Shown: positions 13,072-27,849 of the stretch, piece after piece
Layout of the letters: each line of letters begins with the position of its first letter
Numbering within the stretch: the stretch's first letter is position 1
Source of the DNA: Octopus sinensis
Taxonomy: Eukaryota
Reading direction: 5' to 3'
DNA: 64,000 nucleotides
NCBI RefSeq assembly: GCF_006345805.1
Contig: NC_043006.1
Span: 39,742,001 to 39,806,000 of the forward strand
Notes under the pieces: generated by a model
What the model was told of the DNA's origin: nothing
Database searches by the model: none
Seen by the model: only the letters and a program-made list of their open reading frames with translations
Made by a program: the position numbers and the translations under genes

Positions 13072-13280
13072 TCTCTCTCTCTCTCTCATCTCACCTCTCT
13101 CTCTCCTCCTCTCTCTCTCTCTCTCTTCTCTCTCTCGCTCTGTCTCCTCTCTCTCTCTCTCTCACGTCTCTCACTCCTCCTCTCCTCTCTCTCCTCTTTC
13201 CGCATCCTCTCTCTCTCTCCTTCTCTCTCTCATCTCTCTCCTCTCTCCTCTCCTCTCTCTCTCCTCTCTCTCTCTCTCTT
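13072..13280. repeat. Degenerate (CT)n tract
   Basis: Direct reading. Confidence 0.9.
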
Positions 13281-14839
13281 GAATGTAGGATTGAATTAGA
13301 TTAAAATTCTTGTTCTAATTGTCATTAAGTTCTCACTAAAGCCACTCTTCATTAGTACCTCGTTCTTATAGTGTGCCGTCTTGTTGAAATTATCTCCATC
13401 CAAAGACATTACTCCGCTGATAGATGTTACAAGATATCTAAGTATAGCTGGGAAATATTTGGTGTCTCATTAGATGAACACACATCTATCGTTTGGCTTT
13501 CTAGTATTTTCCTGTCTTAAGAATATTATTGGTAAAGCTGGCTTTGATAGAGTTATCGTTGACATCTGTATTTAGTTCCAATTTCTTTGAATATATTATT
13601 TATGGTCCTTTTACAGCTATCTATGATTTGCCAGTTCATATTAAGATGTTCCAAAATATGGCAGGTGTGTTTTATCTGAAGATATCCAGGATAAATAATC
13701 CGTCGTAGTAAACTTCTCTAGCCTCTGTAGATAAAGCAGACGACAGTTCCACTATATTTGACCAAGCTAGAGTCGTCGTGTAACAGGTTTGCATTTTCGA
13801 GCTCAGAGCTGAGAAAAGTAACGAGGAGGATACAGGAGGCAGTTGCAAAAGCCAGTTTCTATATATGGCTGAAGTGAGAAGCCCCAAAATGGGTTGAAAG
13901 CCATAACATAACATACATGGGAAATAGTATTACTAGGTGAGAATGGCTGACACTTAAGCGGCATCGCTGATTGACAGGTAGAGGTCTCGTTCATGGCGCA
14001 CCTTCCTCCTGTTTCGAAGGCTTGTACCACCAAATAACTGGTTGGCTCTGGCTACTGGAACTGAAACTAACACGACACTGTTGGAAGGCAGTTTTAGAGA
14101 GAGCGCGAGCTAAGATTACGTGCCCTTCCCCTCCATTGGTCAGTTGAAGTTTAAGCAGTGTCACGTGACAACTAGCTGGTGCTGGCTGCTGGAACGAATC
14201 GTGATTATAGTAGGAGACACTTGCCCAAGGTGTCACACAGTAGGACTGAACCCGGAACCAAAAGGTCGCGAAGCTAACTCAGCGCTTAAACAAATATTGT
14301 AATATAGATTTGCATGCTTGCTGAGCCCTTTTCAATATTCCCACGGTGTAGAATCTCCTTAACATGTCAGACTAATCTTGCATCCAGAGATTAAGACAAT
14401 CTCTCGCTTCCATGAAACAGATTTTAACACTGCGATTAACTTGTGCTAAGTCACATTTCTGCAGATAACTGTAATTTGAGACAGCAAACAACTGCTACCT
14501 CACTGAGTGTTTTATGTAGCTAAACTTCAGCAGCTTAGCGAATTCCCATCGGAACCATGGAAGACAAATCTAAAGTTCTCATCGATGGAAGAATTTAATA
14601 TCTGGGGAAAGATGCTGATATTTGTAGTATGAGATATTCTATTTAATGCATGCACAGCAATGGACTAAATAGAATAAAATCATAGGCGATCAAGTTACAT
14701 GTTAATGCTTGAGCGTATGGAATGCCGTTAATAGCTAAGAAAGTGGATGGATGCAGGTGTATTGTACATGTATTGATGTTTCCCCGGAAACTCGTCATCT
14801 CCATGTACAACCTGATATGTGTGCGTACATATGTATATG

Positions 14840-14915
<76 letters not shown>

Positions 14916-15264
14916 TACACATATATATAGTTGTGTATATGTGTGTTTGTATACATATACAGTCATATATATATATAGAGAGAGAGAGAGGGAGAGAGAG
15001 ATACAAATGTATATATATATATGGATATGAAAATATTGCATAACTAATTATGCGAGATTGTGGAAATACTTGCGTAGGCGTGTATTCATATTAATAATAT
15101 ACACACCCACACACACGCCCCCCCCCACACACACACTCTCACGCACGCACACACACATCCAACCATATACATGTATAAATATATGTATATGTATATATAC
15201 AGATATATACACATATATAAATACATGTACATATATATATACATATATATATATATCTTTATAT

Positions 15265-15311
<47 letters not shown>

Positions 15312-15979
15312 ATATAATATACATACATATGTGTATATATATGTGAGTTTGTAGGAACAGATGAAAACAGAAGCAGCGGTAAGGATGTATACTGTTAAGT
15401 TATTATTTGCTCACTGATGCTCAGGTGAAAGGCATGAATGAAACGTTAAATGCTTGAATGGAGATAATGTGCTAAATAGATGTACAGTAAAATATTCCTA
15501 TGGAATGGATATGGTATTTCGATTATCTTTACAGAAGCATAGACTGATAAATTAGTCGCAAATGTTTGATGAGAGACATCAATAATTTGGCCACAAGTTC
15601 TAATTGTCTTCTCTGGAGAATATTATTGCCGAAATTATTAGCATCAGTTATTGATACCTCATCTGAAACCTATTGTGTCCCTGATCAATGTACAGCTGAA
15701 TCCTCCGTTCGTTTCTTCCTTTGTTCTTTCTTTCCTTCCTTCCTTCCTCCCTTCCTTCCTTCCTTTTTCCGTCTTTCTCTCTCTCTCTCTTTTCCCCTTA
15801 TCTACACGCAGACGTGCTTGCATACATGACGCAAAGCTATGCGTATCATATACATCTATCTGTATATTAGCGGTACGTACATGCAAATTTGTAGATATAT
15901 CGATATCGGAAGCCAAATGTATATCTTTAAATAAATACTTCAAACAAACGCACACACATACACAGACACACACACTATA

Positions 15980-16014
<35 letters not shown>

Positions 16015-16033
16015 GCATATATATGTATGTATG

Positions 16034-16073
<40 letters not shown>

Positions 16074-16276
16074 TATCTATGCATGTATTTTTATAGATAT
16101 ATATATACACACATACATGCATATATATATATATATATATATGTATACATATATAAGTATGCATACATATATATATACACAATATACATACATACAAACA
16201 TATATACATATATATACATATATAGATATAATATTATATATATATACATATATATACATATATATAACATACATAG

Positions 16277-16320
<44 letters not shown>

Positions 16321-16658
16321 TCCACATACGTTTATATCTGCGTGGGTGTGTAAGTGTGCGCCTATGTGAGCGTCACATGAAATGGCATGAGTGAAACTAA
16401 CCAATGTGGACTGTGACATAATGATATATAGTAAATAGATGGCTACACATGCATACAGTCGGAGGAAATAAGATAGTTAGATGATTAAGAATATGGAACG
16501 TATCGATGGATGGAGAAAAGAAGTGAGGAAGAGACGTTTCTAGAGCCAAATTGAAAAAGTGCTTAATAGAGAAATATGCAACTGAATATATAGATCACTT
16601 GATCGGTCTAGCTCTCTCCACAAATGCACATGACTATGATAAACGGTGTAAGATATAC

Positions 16659-16710
<52 letters not shown>

Positions 16711-16736
16711 GCATATAAATATGTATCTTTTATATG

Positions 16737-16780
<44 letters not shown>

Positions 16781-16931
16781 CATGCATGCATGTATGCATA
16801 TATTTATGTACGTATGCATATAAATATGTATATATATATATATGTATATATATATGTATGCACATATATATATGTATGTATATAAATATGTATATATATA
16901 TGTATGCACATATATATATGTATGTATATAA

Positions 16932-16968
<37 letters not shown>

Positions 16969-16972
16969 TATA

Positions 16973-17017
<45 letters not shown>

Positions 17018-17033
17018 GTATGGATATATATAC

Positions 17034-17081
<48 letters not shown>

Positions 17082-17083
<2 letters not shown>

Positions 17084-17195
17084 AGGCGCAATGGCCCAGT
17101 GGTTAGGGCAGCGGACTCGTGGTCGTAGGATCGCGGTTTCGATTCCCAGACCGGGCGTTGTGAGTGTTTATTGAGCGAAAACGCCTAAAAGCTAG
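17082..17195 (+). mobile_element. SINE family B, head only
   Basis: GGAGGCGCAATGGCCCAGTGGTTAGGGCAGCGGACTCG...TTCGATTCCCAGACCGGGC. Confidence 0.8.
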
Positions 17196-18390
17196 AAGGA
17201 CACATTAGTATAATTTTACCTAAATTCTCCAAGAGGATAAGGGGATAGACATAGAACATGTTTTACCAACAACATCACAGTTGTAACTGAAATTTTTTTC
17301 AAGATTAATTGCTGTAATCACGGCATGCCTACCACCTCTGTTTTGTCCCTAGTACTTATGCAAAATTTTCCACCGTCTTCGCGTCTATGATCGGTAATGC
17401 TCGCTTTCTGAAGAATTGGTGTAAACATTTGTTGAGATTAAACACGAAATGATTATGGTATTTTTTGTGATCAGTTGGTATTCAGAAGATGTTTGTATTT
17501 CAAATCGAAGCGCAATGAAAACATGCACAGTATATACAATATTTAATTTTTTCTCTTATCTATTACATAACTTTAAACATTTCTAGTCTTTGGTAATCAT
17601 GTACAGCGCCATTTCATCCTCATTTCTAATAATCAGCATGACATAATCTGGGGCAATTACATTAAAATAATTAAGCATTTTACGAAGCGAGACATTTATT
17701 ACAGGAGGAAAGACAATTACAGTTAACAAGACATTATGGAATGAGAGTTCTTCCGTTTTTTTTTTATTTTCTTTCTTTCTTTTCTTTTCATACATCGTTA
17801 TTAGTTCAGAAGTTGAGACACACGAGAGAAAAATATCCTACAATATTTAAATACTTACTTCACAGTCATGATATTTCTTGTTCGATCCCTTCACGTATCA
17901 TTTTGAGGAAGTCTATTTTGTAACAGTTTGTGTTCACCTGAAGAAGGGCTCGTTAGTATAAAATTCCTGTAGAATGAATATATCTGGAATTTTCTTCATT
18001 AGACAGCACCTCTGTGAAATAAGGTCAGCAGTATCACCTCCTACACTGTCATACTGATTCTGCTTGAGAATTTCATTAAGTCTTCGACTATCTGTAGATT
18101 ACTGTCAGTATGCAATTCCGTTTTTATCAAATATATTGAGAAATCGTAACACACATTATATTCTTCAATATCTTGATCCTGCATAATTAATTTTGTTATT
18201 AATGGAACGATAGATCATTGTATAAATAACAGAGCAATAGTGTCTAGTTTACACTTTTTCGCATTATTTCGGAGTTGATATTCAGCCGAAGATAGCTTGT
18301 ATATTCATTCTTTCAGTGGCCAATAAAATACATACCATTCTATAGCAGTTACGGTGGGGAGGGACACGCACAAAAGCAAACACTTACATA

Positions 18391-19699
18391 CATACGTGTT
18401 CCCAGAGTAATTATATTTAATAGAAAAAAACTTATTTACTTAAGCTTAACATCCTCTTCTCCGAAATAGCGGCCTTGCGCAGCAATGCACCAATTCCAGC
18501 GTTCCTACCACTTTTGGTATCTGGCCTGGACGTAGTACTCCGTAAGCGAATCGACAGTCCTCTGCGATTCGCTAAGGATCTCGACAACTGTGTAAAAGCG
18601 GTGACCCTTGAGCTGCATTTTCCTCTAGGGGAAGAGAGATGAAAATCCGCCGGTGATAAATCTAGCGAACAGGGCTGATACAAAAGCGATACCATGTTGG
18701 TTTTGGCAAGAGTGAAGAGAGCTAGGTGACAGGATGCTTTTGAAGTGGAGAGAGCTAGGTGACAGGGTGCTTTGAAGTCGTGAAGAATCTAATTCTTCGC
18801 GCTCCACAAGTCCGGTTGCTTTTGCCGAATGTCTCCTTCAAATGCTTCAAAACATTGCAGTAGAACTCTCGACCGCCGGTCTGGGCCTGGTGGGTCGAAT
18901 TTTTGATGCAAAATACGGCAGAATTCGGAAAAACGATGAACATGCTCTTGGTTGAGCTGCGGTTCTCTGTCTTGCCGTTTTCGGTCCTGGAGATGAAAGG
19001 ATCTTCCATTATGACGACTGCTGCTTCGTTTGAGGGTCCTTTCCGTAGACCCAACTCCCGTCACCGGTGATGATCCGCGATATGAAGGATGAGTCATCTT
19101 GACAGACTTCGGCGTGACGTTCTTTCTGCTCAGTGGTCAACAGGCGGTAGTCGGGGAATTGGTAGAGACACACCACATGTTCAATCCAATCGTTTCTATT
19201 GCCTGCACGGACCTCCACGATAGACCAACAACATCAGCAATTTTCGATGATTTTCATGCAAAAGAAGATGAATTTTCTTCATATTTTAGGGTGTAATGCC
19301 CGTGGGAGGCCTTCCCGATTGCTTATCGTCTTCCGGGGGACGTTTTTCCGCTTCTGAGGAGACCTTGCTCCTCGAAACATTGCGTACGACCCATTGCTTC
19401 GTCACAGTAAGCTTGTTGAAGCATGCTCAATGCCTCTGTAGCAGACTTCCCAAAGTTACACGCAAAATTCCACGATGGTTCTTTGTTCTAACTTTTTGTC
19501 TATGACAAAATCAGAGACTACAGCATACACGTGATCACAAACACAAAAGAACCACAACTTGCGAAGTAAAGACAATGATATCGCTCGGTACACTGCCTCA
19601 TGAAGGCCTCTGATAGTTTTCACTGTGCACGCAGCTGTGTGCTGCCATCTACTGGCGCGCTACAAAACTAGTCCGAGAACTTTTTGATATAACCTGGTG

Positions 19700-19701
<2 letters not shown>
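18391..19701 (-). mobile_element. Mariner (Tc1/mariner) transposon, decayed transposase pseudogene
   Basis: Fragments LTTEQKERH, RIITGDGSWVY (cf. TGDETW), DPQTKQQSS, REFYCNVLKHL, SLDLSPADFHLFP (cf. YSPDLAP.DF.LF); ~1.3 kb span; TIR-like TACACCAGGTTATATCAAAAAGTTCTCGGACT at the right end, left TIR decayed. Confidence 0.85.
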
Positions 19702-19745
<44 letters not shown>

Positions 19746-19754
19746 TGAGGGTGT

Positions 19755-19870
19755 ATACGACGGTCTTCTTTCAGCTTCTGTCAACCAAATCCACTCACAA
19801 GGCTTCCGGGACTGAACCCGGAACCATGTGGTTGGTAAGCAAGCTACTTACCACACAGCCACTCCTGTGT
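19755..19870 (-). mobile_element. SINE family A fragment (internal deletion)
   Basis: Matches 168-329. Confidence 0.75.
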
Positions 19871-20147
19871 CTATATATACATGTGTGTATTTGCATATAT
19901 ATATTCATATATATATATACATATCTATATGCATATAGATACTTATATAGATATATGCACACACATATGTATATATAATATATATGTATATATGTACGTA
20001 TATATATATATATGTATAATATGAAAGCATATATATATACGTCTATATTACGTGTATCTGTGTGTGTGTGTGTGAATATATATACATATATATATACATA
20101 TATATATAAAGTATGTACATATATATATATTTGCATGTATGTATGTA

Positions 20148-20204
<57 letters not shown>

Positions 20205-20237
20205 AAGTATGTACATATATATATATTTGCATGTATG

Positions 20238-20295
<58 letters not shown>

Positions 20296-20935
20296 TATAT
20301 GCAACATTAAAATAACCTAACTAAGGCAAAGGTTTGCAGCCATACATTCGGTGGCAATATCTGTTTACTCGTCTGCAACATTATAACTGCCATGCCGTTA
20401 GTATAAATCAAGCTGACTTGAAGAAAAATTATATCTCTTACCAAGGTCAATTATTTCTTTTTGGCAGACACCGAGGAGTTTAAATGCAAAACAGAAAAAA
20501 AAAAGCCAGAAAATGAATAAAATGAAATATAAATATAAATAAATTAGAAAAAAAAGAGCTATGTCTTACTCTGAGATCATTTTCCAACGGAAAAGAAGAC
20601 AAAAGGAGAATGTGATCTCTCTGACACTCACGTATCAAATTAGAATACCAATTAAGAAAGAATGCGTGGTTATAAATCTATAGGAACTGGTGAAATAATA
20701 GTAATAATAATTCATACTAGAAGGAACTAGAAAAAAGAAAAAGAAAAAGAAAATATGAAAAATCTATTTATCAATGTCTAATTTCGAGACATATTAAAAA
20801 GCCTTCTTACATAAAACAATGCTGTTTTTTTGCTTTTTTGCTTTTATATTTTACTTTCGTTATGAGCGACTGTTGTTGTATGCGAGGTGTTACTGTTTGA
20901 TGTTAGATATAATTATTAAACAAAGGAATGTGTGA

Positions 20936-21323
20936 GATGATGAAGTAGATGATGATGATGATGATGATGATGATGGTGGATGTTGATGATGATGATGATA
21001 ACGATGATGATGACGATGAGAATGATGTCGATGATGATGATGATGATGATGATGATAATGATAATGATGAGGACGGTGATGATGATGGTAATGATGATGT
21101 CGATGATGATTATGAGGAGGAGGCGGAGGAGGAGGGGGAGGAGGAACAGGAGGTCGACGACGACGATGATGATAACGATGATGAAAATGTCGATAATTAT
21201 AATGATAATGATGACGACGACGACAATGGTGATGGCGGTAACGATAATGATGATGATGATGATGATGATGGTGGTGATGATGATGGATGTCGATGATGAT
21301 GATGACGATGAGAATGATGTCGT

Positions 21324-21356
<33 letters not shown>

Positions 21357-21570
21357 CAACGACGGTGATGATGATGGTAATGATGATGTCAATGATGATG
21401 AGGAGGAGATGGAGAAGGAGGAGGAACAGGAGGTCGACGACGACGATGATGATGACGATGATAAAAATGTCGATAATGATAATGATAATGATGACGACGA
21501 CGACGACAATGATGATGGCGGTAATGATAATGATGATGATGAGGATGATGGTGGTGATGATGATAATGTT
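20936..21570. repeat. (GAT)-rich compound repeat with ~290-bp internal tandem duplication
   Basis: GATGACGATGAGAATGATGTCG and GAGGAACAGGAGGTCGACGACGAC each occur twice, ~280-293 bp apart. Confidence 0.85.
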
Positions 21571-21576
21571 AATTAT

Positions 21577-21702
21577 GTCCAGGATAGGACTATACAGCCA
21601 CAGCAGGAAATGTATCAGACATGAAATGTAAAAGCCGGACTGGACTATTTTATGCGCAACTCCATTGTCTCCCGAGACAAAAAGGATGGCAACAACAACA
21701 AC

Positions 21703-21703
<1 letters not shown>
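21577..21703 (+). mobile_element. RTE LINE extreme 3' fragment with (CAA)n tail
   Basis: Matches the reverse complement of 35775-35893, the 3' end of the full RTE copy. Confidence 0.85.
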
Positions 21704-21738
<35 letters not shown>

Positions 21739-21774
21739 GAGGAGGAGGAGGAGGAAGAGGGGGAGGAGGATAAT

Positions 21775-21993
21775 CCTTTCTAGTGGAAACACAAGTCCTC
21801 AAATTTCTGGGGAGGGGACTAGTGGATTACATCGACCCCAGTGTTTTACTGGTACTTAATTTATTGACCGCCAAAATGATGACCTCGCCAAAGTCGACCT
21901 CGGCGGAGTTTGAACCGAGAACGTGAAGAACCGGAAGAAATACTGCTAAGCATTTTGCCCGGCGTAGTAACGGTTCTGCCAGCTCGCCGCCTT
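21775..21993 (-). mobile_element. Meta-domain SINE family D, single unit
   Basis: Reverse complement of the 8473 head + Meta domain + terminal tail. Confidence 0.75.
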
Positions 21994-22029
21994 CATGATA
22001 CTACAATTACTACGACTACTACTTCATGA

Positions 22030-22064
<35 letters not shown>

Positions 22065-22067
22065 ATG

Positions 22068-22124
<57 letters not shown>

Positions 22125-22126
<2 letters not shown>

Positions 22127-22450
22127 TCTTGTATTCTAGGCGTAAGGCCAGAAAATTTTGGGGAGAGGGCCAGTCGATTAGATCGACCCCAGTACGCAGC
22201 TGATATTTAATTTATCGATCCCGAAAATAAAAAGGCAAAGTCGACCTCGGCGGGATTTGAACTTAGAACGTCAAGCCAGACGAAATACTTATTTCTTTAC
22301 TACCCACAAGGGGCTCAACACAGAGAGGACAAACAAGGACAGACAAACGGATTAAGTCGATTATATCGATCCCAGTGCGTAACTGGTACTTATTTAATTG
22401 ACCCCGAAAGGATGAAAGGCAAAGTTAACCTCGGTGGAATTTGAACTCAG
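22125..22450 (-). mobile_element. Meta-domain SINE family D, two units, 5' truncated
   Basis: Same unit junction as the 8473 array. Confidence 0.8.
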
Positions 22451-22746
22451 TCACATTTGGGAATCCTGTCTGAAGCGTAATGACGCGTGCTCTAGAGGAG
22501 GTTACAGGGACGTAGGCACATCAACAGCGGTTGTCAAGCGGTAGTGCGGGACAAAAATAGCCACACAGACACACATACACACATATATATGAGTTTGGAG
22601 GGATATATTTTCCGAGCGTATGCCATATTAGCTCTCAGTCAGTTTCCAGTTAACGGCTAAACACAACGATCTGTATCTAACATCTGTGTCTACATGTAGT
22701 TGTTTGTCACTCCGTGAATTCTTCCGATAGGTAATTCTGCATACTC

Positions 22747-22800
<54 letters not shown>

Positions 22801-22802
<2 letters not shown>

Positions 22803-23560
22803 ACTTACAGGGTACACTGTCCCACCGCGAATTACAATTCCAGAGCCTAAATCAGTGAGGGACCTGGCTATCAACATGAGCGATGATACCTCTTTCCAAG
22901 TGCACATTACCAGGATGGCGACAAAGTGCAGAAAACTGGCTGAATGGATCCTGAGAACATTCAGAACCAGAGATAAGGAAATTATACTCCTCTGGAGGAC
23001 ATTCGTCTTCAGCCGCCTGGATTACTGCTCCCAGCTATGATCACCCAACAGTGTAAAATTAACAGGGAACCTTGAAGCAATCCAGCGAAGTTTCACATTA
23101 CAACAGCTCAGCTACTGGGAAAGGCTGAAACAGCTGAGACTCTACTCCCTGGAGCGAAGACGAGAGAGGTATGCAGTAATATACATCTGGAAGATCCTGG
23201 AAGGAATTGTGCCAAATTTTGGCATTGAATGCTACAGCAGTGCCAGAACAGGTCGACACTGCTTAGTGCCAAAGATCCCAGCAACGCCATCGCGCTTCAG
23301 GACAACAGCCTGCAATATTCTCCCAAAGAGCCTGAGGAACCTGCACAAAGTAGATGTAGGCGTTTTTAAATCAAGGTTGGACCTCGTCTTGTTGAGAGTC
23401 CCAGACGAACCCACCTCGCGGCAAGGGGTGCAAATGGGAGTAGCTACATCAAACTCCATTCTTCATTTCTTCACTAAGTGCCACATATTGGAGGAGGCTC
23501 GCAGTAATAACAGTGTAGCAAAACGGCTGTGCATCAGTTTGGCCACAGCCCTGAGCTGAA
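22801..23560 (+). mobile_element. CR1-type LINE 3' fragment (post-RT region), degenerate
   Basis: VRDLAINMSDD, WILRTFRTRD, SRLDYCSQL, LSYWERLKQLRLYSLERRRER motifs typical of CR1 ORF2 C-terminus. Confidence 0.8.
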
Positions 23561-23604
23561 ACTACAAAGATAATACACAAACACACATACACACACACAC
23601 ATAT

Positions 23605-23770
23605 ATATGACTTCTTTCAGCTACCGTCTACCAAATTCATTCACAAGGCTTTGGTCGGTAATCCGAGGCTATCGTAGAAGACACTTGTCCAAGCTGGTAC
23701 GCAGTGCGACTGAACTCGGAACCAAGTGGTTAAGGAGAAAGCTTCTTACCAAACAGCCACGTCGGCGCCT
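23605..23770 (-). mobile_element. SINE family A, decayed
   Basis: Similar to 168-329. Confidence 0.7.
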
Positions 23771-24708
23771 TGATCGATGGACAAAAGAATTTAAGCCGAT
23801 ATAAATTGTGAAAGATTATAAAACGCGAAATAATTAAGAAGAAAGCATTTCTCCACATTGCGTGGATCATGGTAACCTGCATTCTTGGTTATGCTTCTTG
23901 TGCATTCTCCTCTATTGTTCATAGTTGATGATTTGAAAATCTTCCGTGAGAAGACTAGTGTTCTAACGGGAGACTGGTAACCCACGTCTTCTGGATCATT
24001 GAAATATGTCACTTGGTCAAGCCTATCCGAATAATTGTATTATTAATCTGCTCTTTTGAATAACTATGAGGAAGAGAAGAGTCATTTTGGAGTTATCTGC
24101 CTCGTGTCACACGGTGCTTATGATAGAAAGCAGGCTAGGAAAGCATTCACAGCTCTCTCTCTCAGAGGGCGCTTTGAAATAACTTTTGGAGTTCTTTTTT
24201 TCACACCTATTACCTAAAGCGAAAATTGTTCTCAACGGCAAACAGCAGTTAATGCGGCCTGTCTAATAATTAAATATATCCCAACCATGTTTAAATTGAT
24301 CTAAATGTTTGCTTACTCAGAACACTGAGTAAACAAATATTTCAAGTGTCTGCCATATTTTCTGCAATATATGCATCAGTGACGTGGTTCGTGAGAGTGT
24401 CATTCGCTTTAGTTTACAAATAGCGATTCTCGGTTTGTTCCTCGACTCTTTGTCTGTACATATACATTAGTTAAACACCTGAACGCGATCAGAAAGCAAA
24501 AACCTACCAAAAGGTAATGTAAATATAGATATTAAAGCTCTTAGCATTGCTTAAGGTGGCATTGATGATCATTCTCTATAACGATAAGAATCATAATCGA
24601 AATTTCTCGGTTGATTGAATCTGATAATAACTGATAGTTTCCCACCGGATGTAAGCTTTTTATTTAATTATGCCATTGTACCTATTCTTCTTCTTCTTCT
24701 TCTTCTTC

Positions 24709-24752
<44 letters not shown>

Positions 24753-26909
24753 TTTCAAGCTAGTCACATGTTTCTAAAACTCTACTCCAAACCACCTCCA
24801 AACGCTGACACACACACACACACACACACACAAGCACACACACACACAAGCACACATGATTATTTATACACACATATTCGCATATATATACATACACACA
24901 CACACACACACACACACACGCACTCGCACGCACACACACACATATGTGTATGCAGTGCGTATGAATGTATACGCGCATGCACATACCGCTTCCTTAAAAT
25001 TCTCGGTTGATTACTTTCTTAAGGTATGTCTATAGCTCTCTATATTTATCCATCTACCTATCTCTTACCTATCCGTCCACCTGTCAATCGATGTGATGAA
25101 TTTTGAACCGTAGTTATATAAACTCTTTTGAATATCTTCTGAGCTTGTAGGAGTGCATTCACGTCAACGAATAATGACCTACTCTTTGGTAAGGTCGGGT
25201 AATGCCGGGCGATGTCATCCGTAGACGAAGATATACCACGTGATACTTTACGATAGAGACTCCTCCGCACACATCTCTGTAGACCACTATTTATATTCTC
25301 CCTTAGTTTTTGCCATGCGCTGTTAACAATATCCTGCAAGGGAGATATCTCCCTATCCATAAAAGCTCTGGAGCATCTTTGTATATCTTACCCTGTGTAT
25401 CAAATGTGAAACGCAGGATGTATTTCACTGGCGTCCATGCATCATATATCATCCACATTCCCAATTTTTCCAAACATCGATGTAACTTGGAACTTATGAA
25501 AGGAAAGCTTTATATTACGTAGAACGTATAAAACAAAGATTGTAAGTTTGAAAAACAAGCATAGACATGTAGGACAAACTTATGAGAATTCTTTGACAGG
25601 CAAAGGGGTAGTTGAATGCATATCATTTTCTTCATGAAGTCCGTCAATAAAGTGCACCTACGCATGACATTATGAAATAATGTTTCTTCACTTGACACAA
25701 TCGCATATTCTCTTTTTCTCTGCTGTCGCTAGTTCCTGTCGACTGCCTCTCTCCAATGAAGACTTGATTTCACAAGATATCAACATCAGGCTATTAGTTT
25801 CCAGTTGAGCTGTCTACTCGGATAAGTGCAGAGATCAACTCTAACGTTGACGGCCTTCTTCCTCTCCCCCTTCTTCAAAAAACTCAAACACACTGTTGTA
25901 ATTCTGAGAAAGTACTTTTCGACTCGTTATATAAAATTCGATATTCCTTATAGTTTTCTCTCACACTCTCTTCGTTCTTTACATCTAAATGTTATTTACT
26001 ATTACTTACATCGAAACACACAACCCATTATTCCTTATCGTTTCATACTTTTGGCCTCAGTCACTTCGATATTTTAATGTCTCAATGAAGCGAGAATATT
26101 TTCTTCTATGAGGTGACAACATAGTCTTCCCTAAAAGAACCAGCAATAAAATACCGCGTATATCCATAAACAATCTTACCAAATTCGCCTGTTCCTACTA
26201 ATAAAAAAACCATTAATAGATTTCCCCACTAAACTTGGAAAAATTTCGCCTCATAATGTTTAATGATTTTTCGTGGATACCTTACATTTTATCCATTGCC
26301 AAAATTAATGCCAAGATTAGGGTTAATTTTTCAGATTCAAAAAATATTTCAATCTCATTCAATAGACAGGCCATTAGAAAAACGCACCTTTGCCCCAATG
26401 CTGTTTAGTACTCGTGTCTCGGACGATGTTGTGGCACCAATATGCGTCTATGATGTTTGTGTAAAAGACACAAACATCATAGACATATACTAGGGTGTGT
26501 ATACGTATACGTTTGCGCGTGTGTGAGTGTGTGTGTGTGCGCGCGTGTGTGTTTGCGTGTATCTATGTATGGATGCCATGATGGAGAGAAACTTTTACTG
26601 GCATTGGTATGAGTAATACTTTGATATTTCATGCACAGAACACAAAATATAAGAACATATAACATATCGGACAACTATATCAAACATAACTTCTAAAGAA
26701 TTTTCACAAACATTTTAAAAAATTTATTTCTTTTCAAATATTTTGTGACTCTGAAGAAAATTCCACATCCTTTCAATGATATTCTACACGTTGAAAGTCG
26801 ATACTTTTCATATTTGAGAAAACCCAGTTTTCATAAAATTTCAAATCATTCTACATCTCATAGTGTGGAATATTGGCTTGAAATCGTGACTCAAAGTCTG
26901 CAATTTCGA

Positions 26910-27082
26910 GAGTGGGGAAGTTCCATTTACCCTAGTACTTAATTGGTACTTATTTTATCGACCCTGAAAGGACGAAAAACAAAGTCGCTCTCGGTGGCAT
27001 TTGAGCTCAGACCATAAAGACGGACGAAATGCCAATAAGCATTTTGACTGGCGTGCTAAAGATTGCACCAGCTTTCAACCTT
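26910..27082 (-). mobile_element. Meta-domain SINE family D, decayed
   Basis: GGTACTTATTTTATCGACCCTGAAAGGA motif. Confidence 0.65.
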
Positions 27083-27199
27083 CTCATGGTGTGTAATATT
27101 CGTATCCGTAATCACGTGAGTGCAACTATAAATTCCACATGTATGTATACAAATAATTGTGGAATCTCCCGTTGTTAGACGACTGGTGAGGCTTCCGTA

Positions 27200-27457
27200 A
27201 TTTCTGGACGAGCAGCCATATAGAAGATTTGTTTACAGTAATCAAATGGTCGGTGCACTTAAGCAATTTCCCCACAATCAGATCCGTATGCCCTGTACGG
27301 GTGCGCGAGGGTAGCACACGTAGAATATCGAAATTATCGCAGAGCAGTGCGAAATGAAAGGTTTTGCTTAAGAACACAACGCATCACGTGATTTAAGAAC
27401 TGAAATAGCAATTTCTAGATCGTGTGTGCAACGTTCTAACCATCAGGCCATGCACCT
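27200..27457 (-). mobile_element. SINE family C, decayed
   Basis: Similar to the reverse complement of 6306-6600. Confidence 0.55.
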
Positions 27458-27672
27458 TTACATACACATAAACACACACACGCACACACAAACACGTACG
27501 CATATATAGATATATGCGATTATATATACACTTACAAACAAATATATATACATATATACATATACACACACATGTATATATATGTATATATATGTACACA
27601 CATACATGCATCCAAGCATTTCTTCTCTCTCTCTATATATATATATAGAAAAAGAGAGAGAGTGAGCGAAAG

Positions 27673-27731
<59 letters not shown>

Positions 27732-27783
27732 AAACCAGGAAAGACATGAAGAAATTTCACACACACATATATATACATACATA

Positions 27784-27849
<66 letters not shown>

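Noticed and set aside
17082-17155. tRNA-like sequence as a true tRNA gene
   Set aside because: No proper acceptor stem; it continues into SINE body sequence found in other copies.
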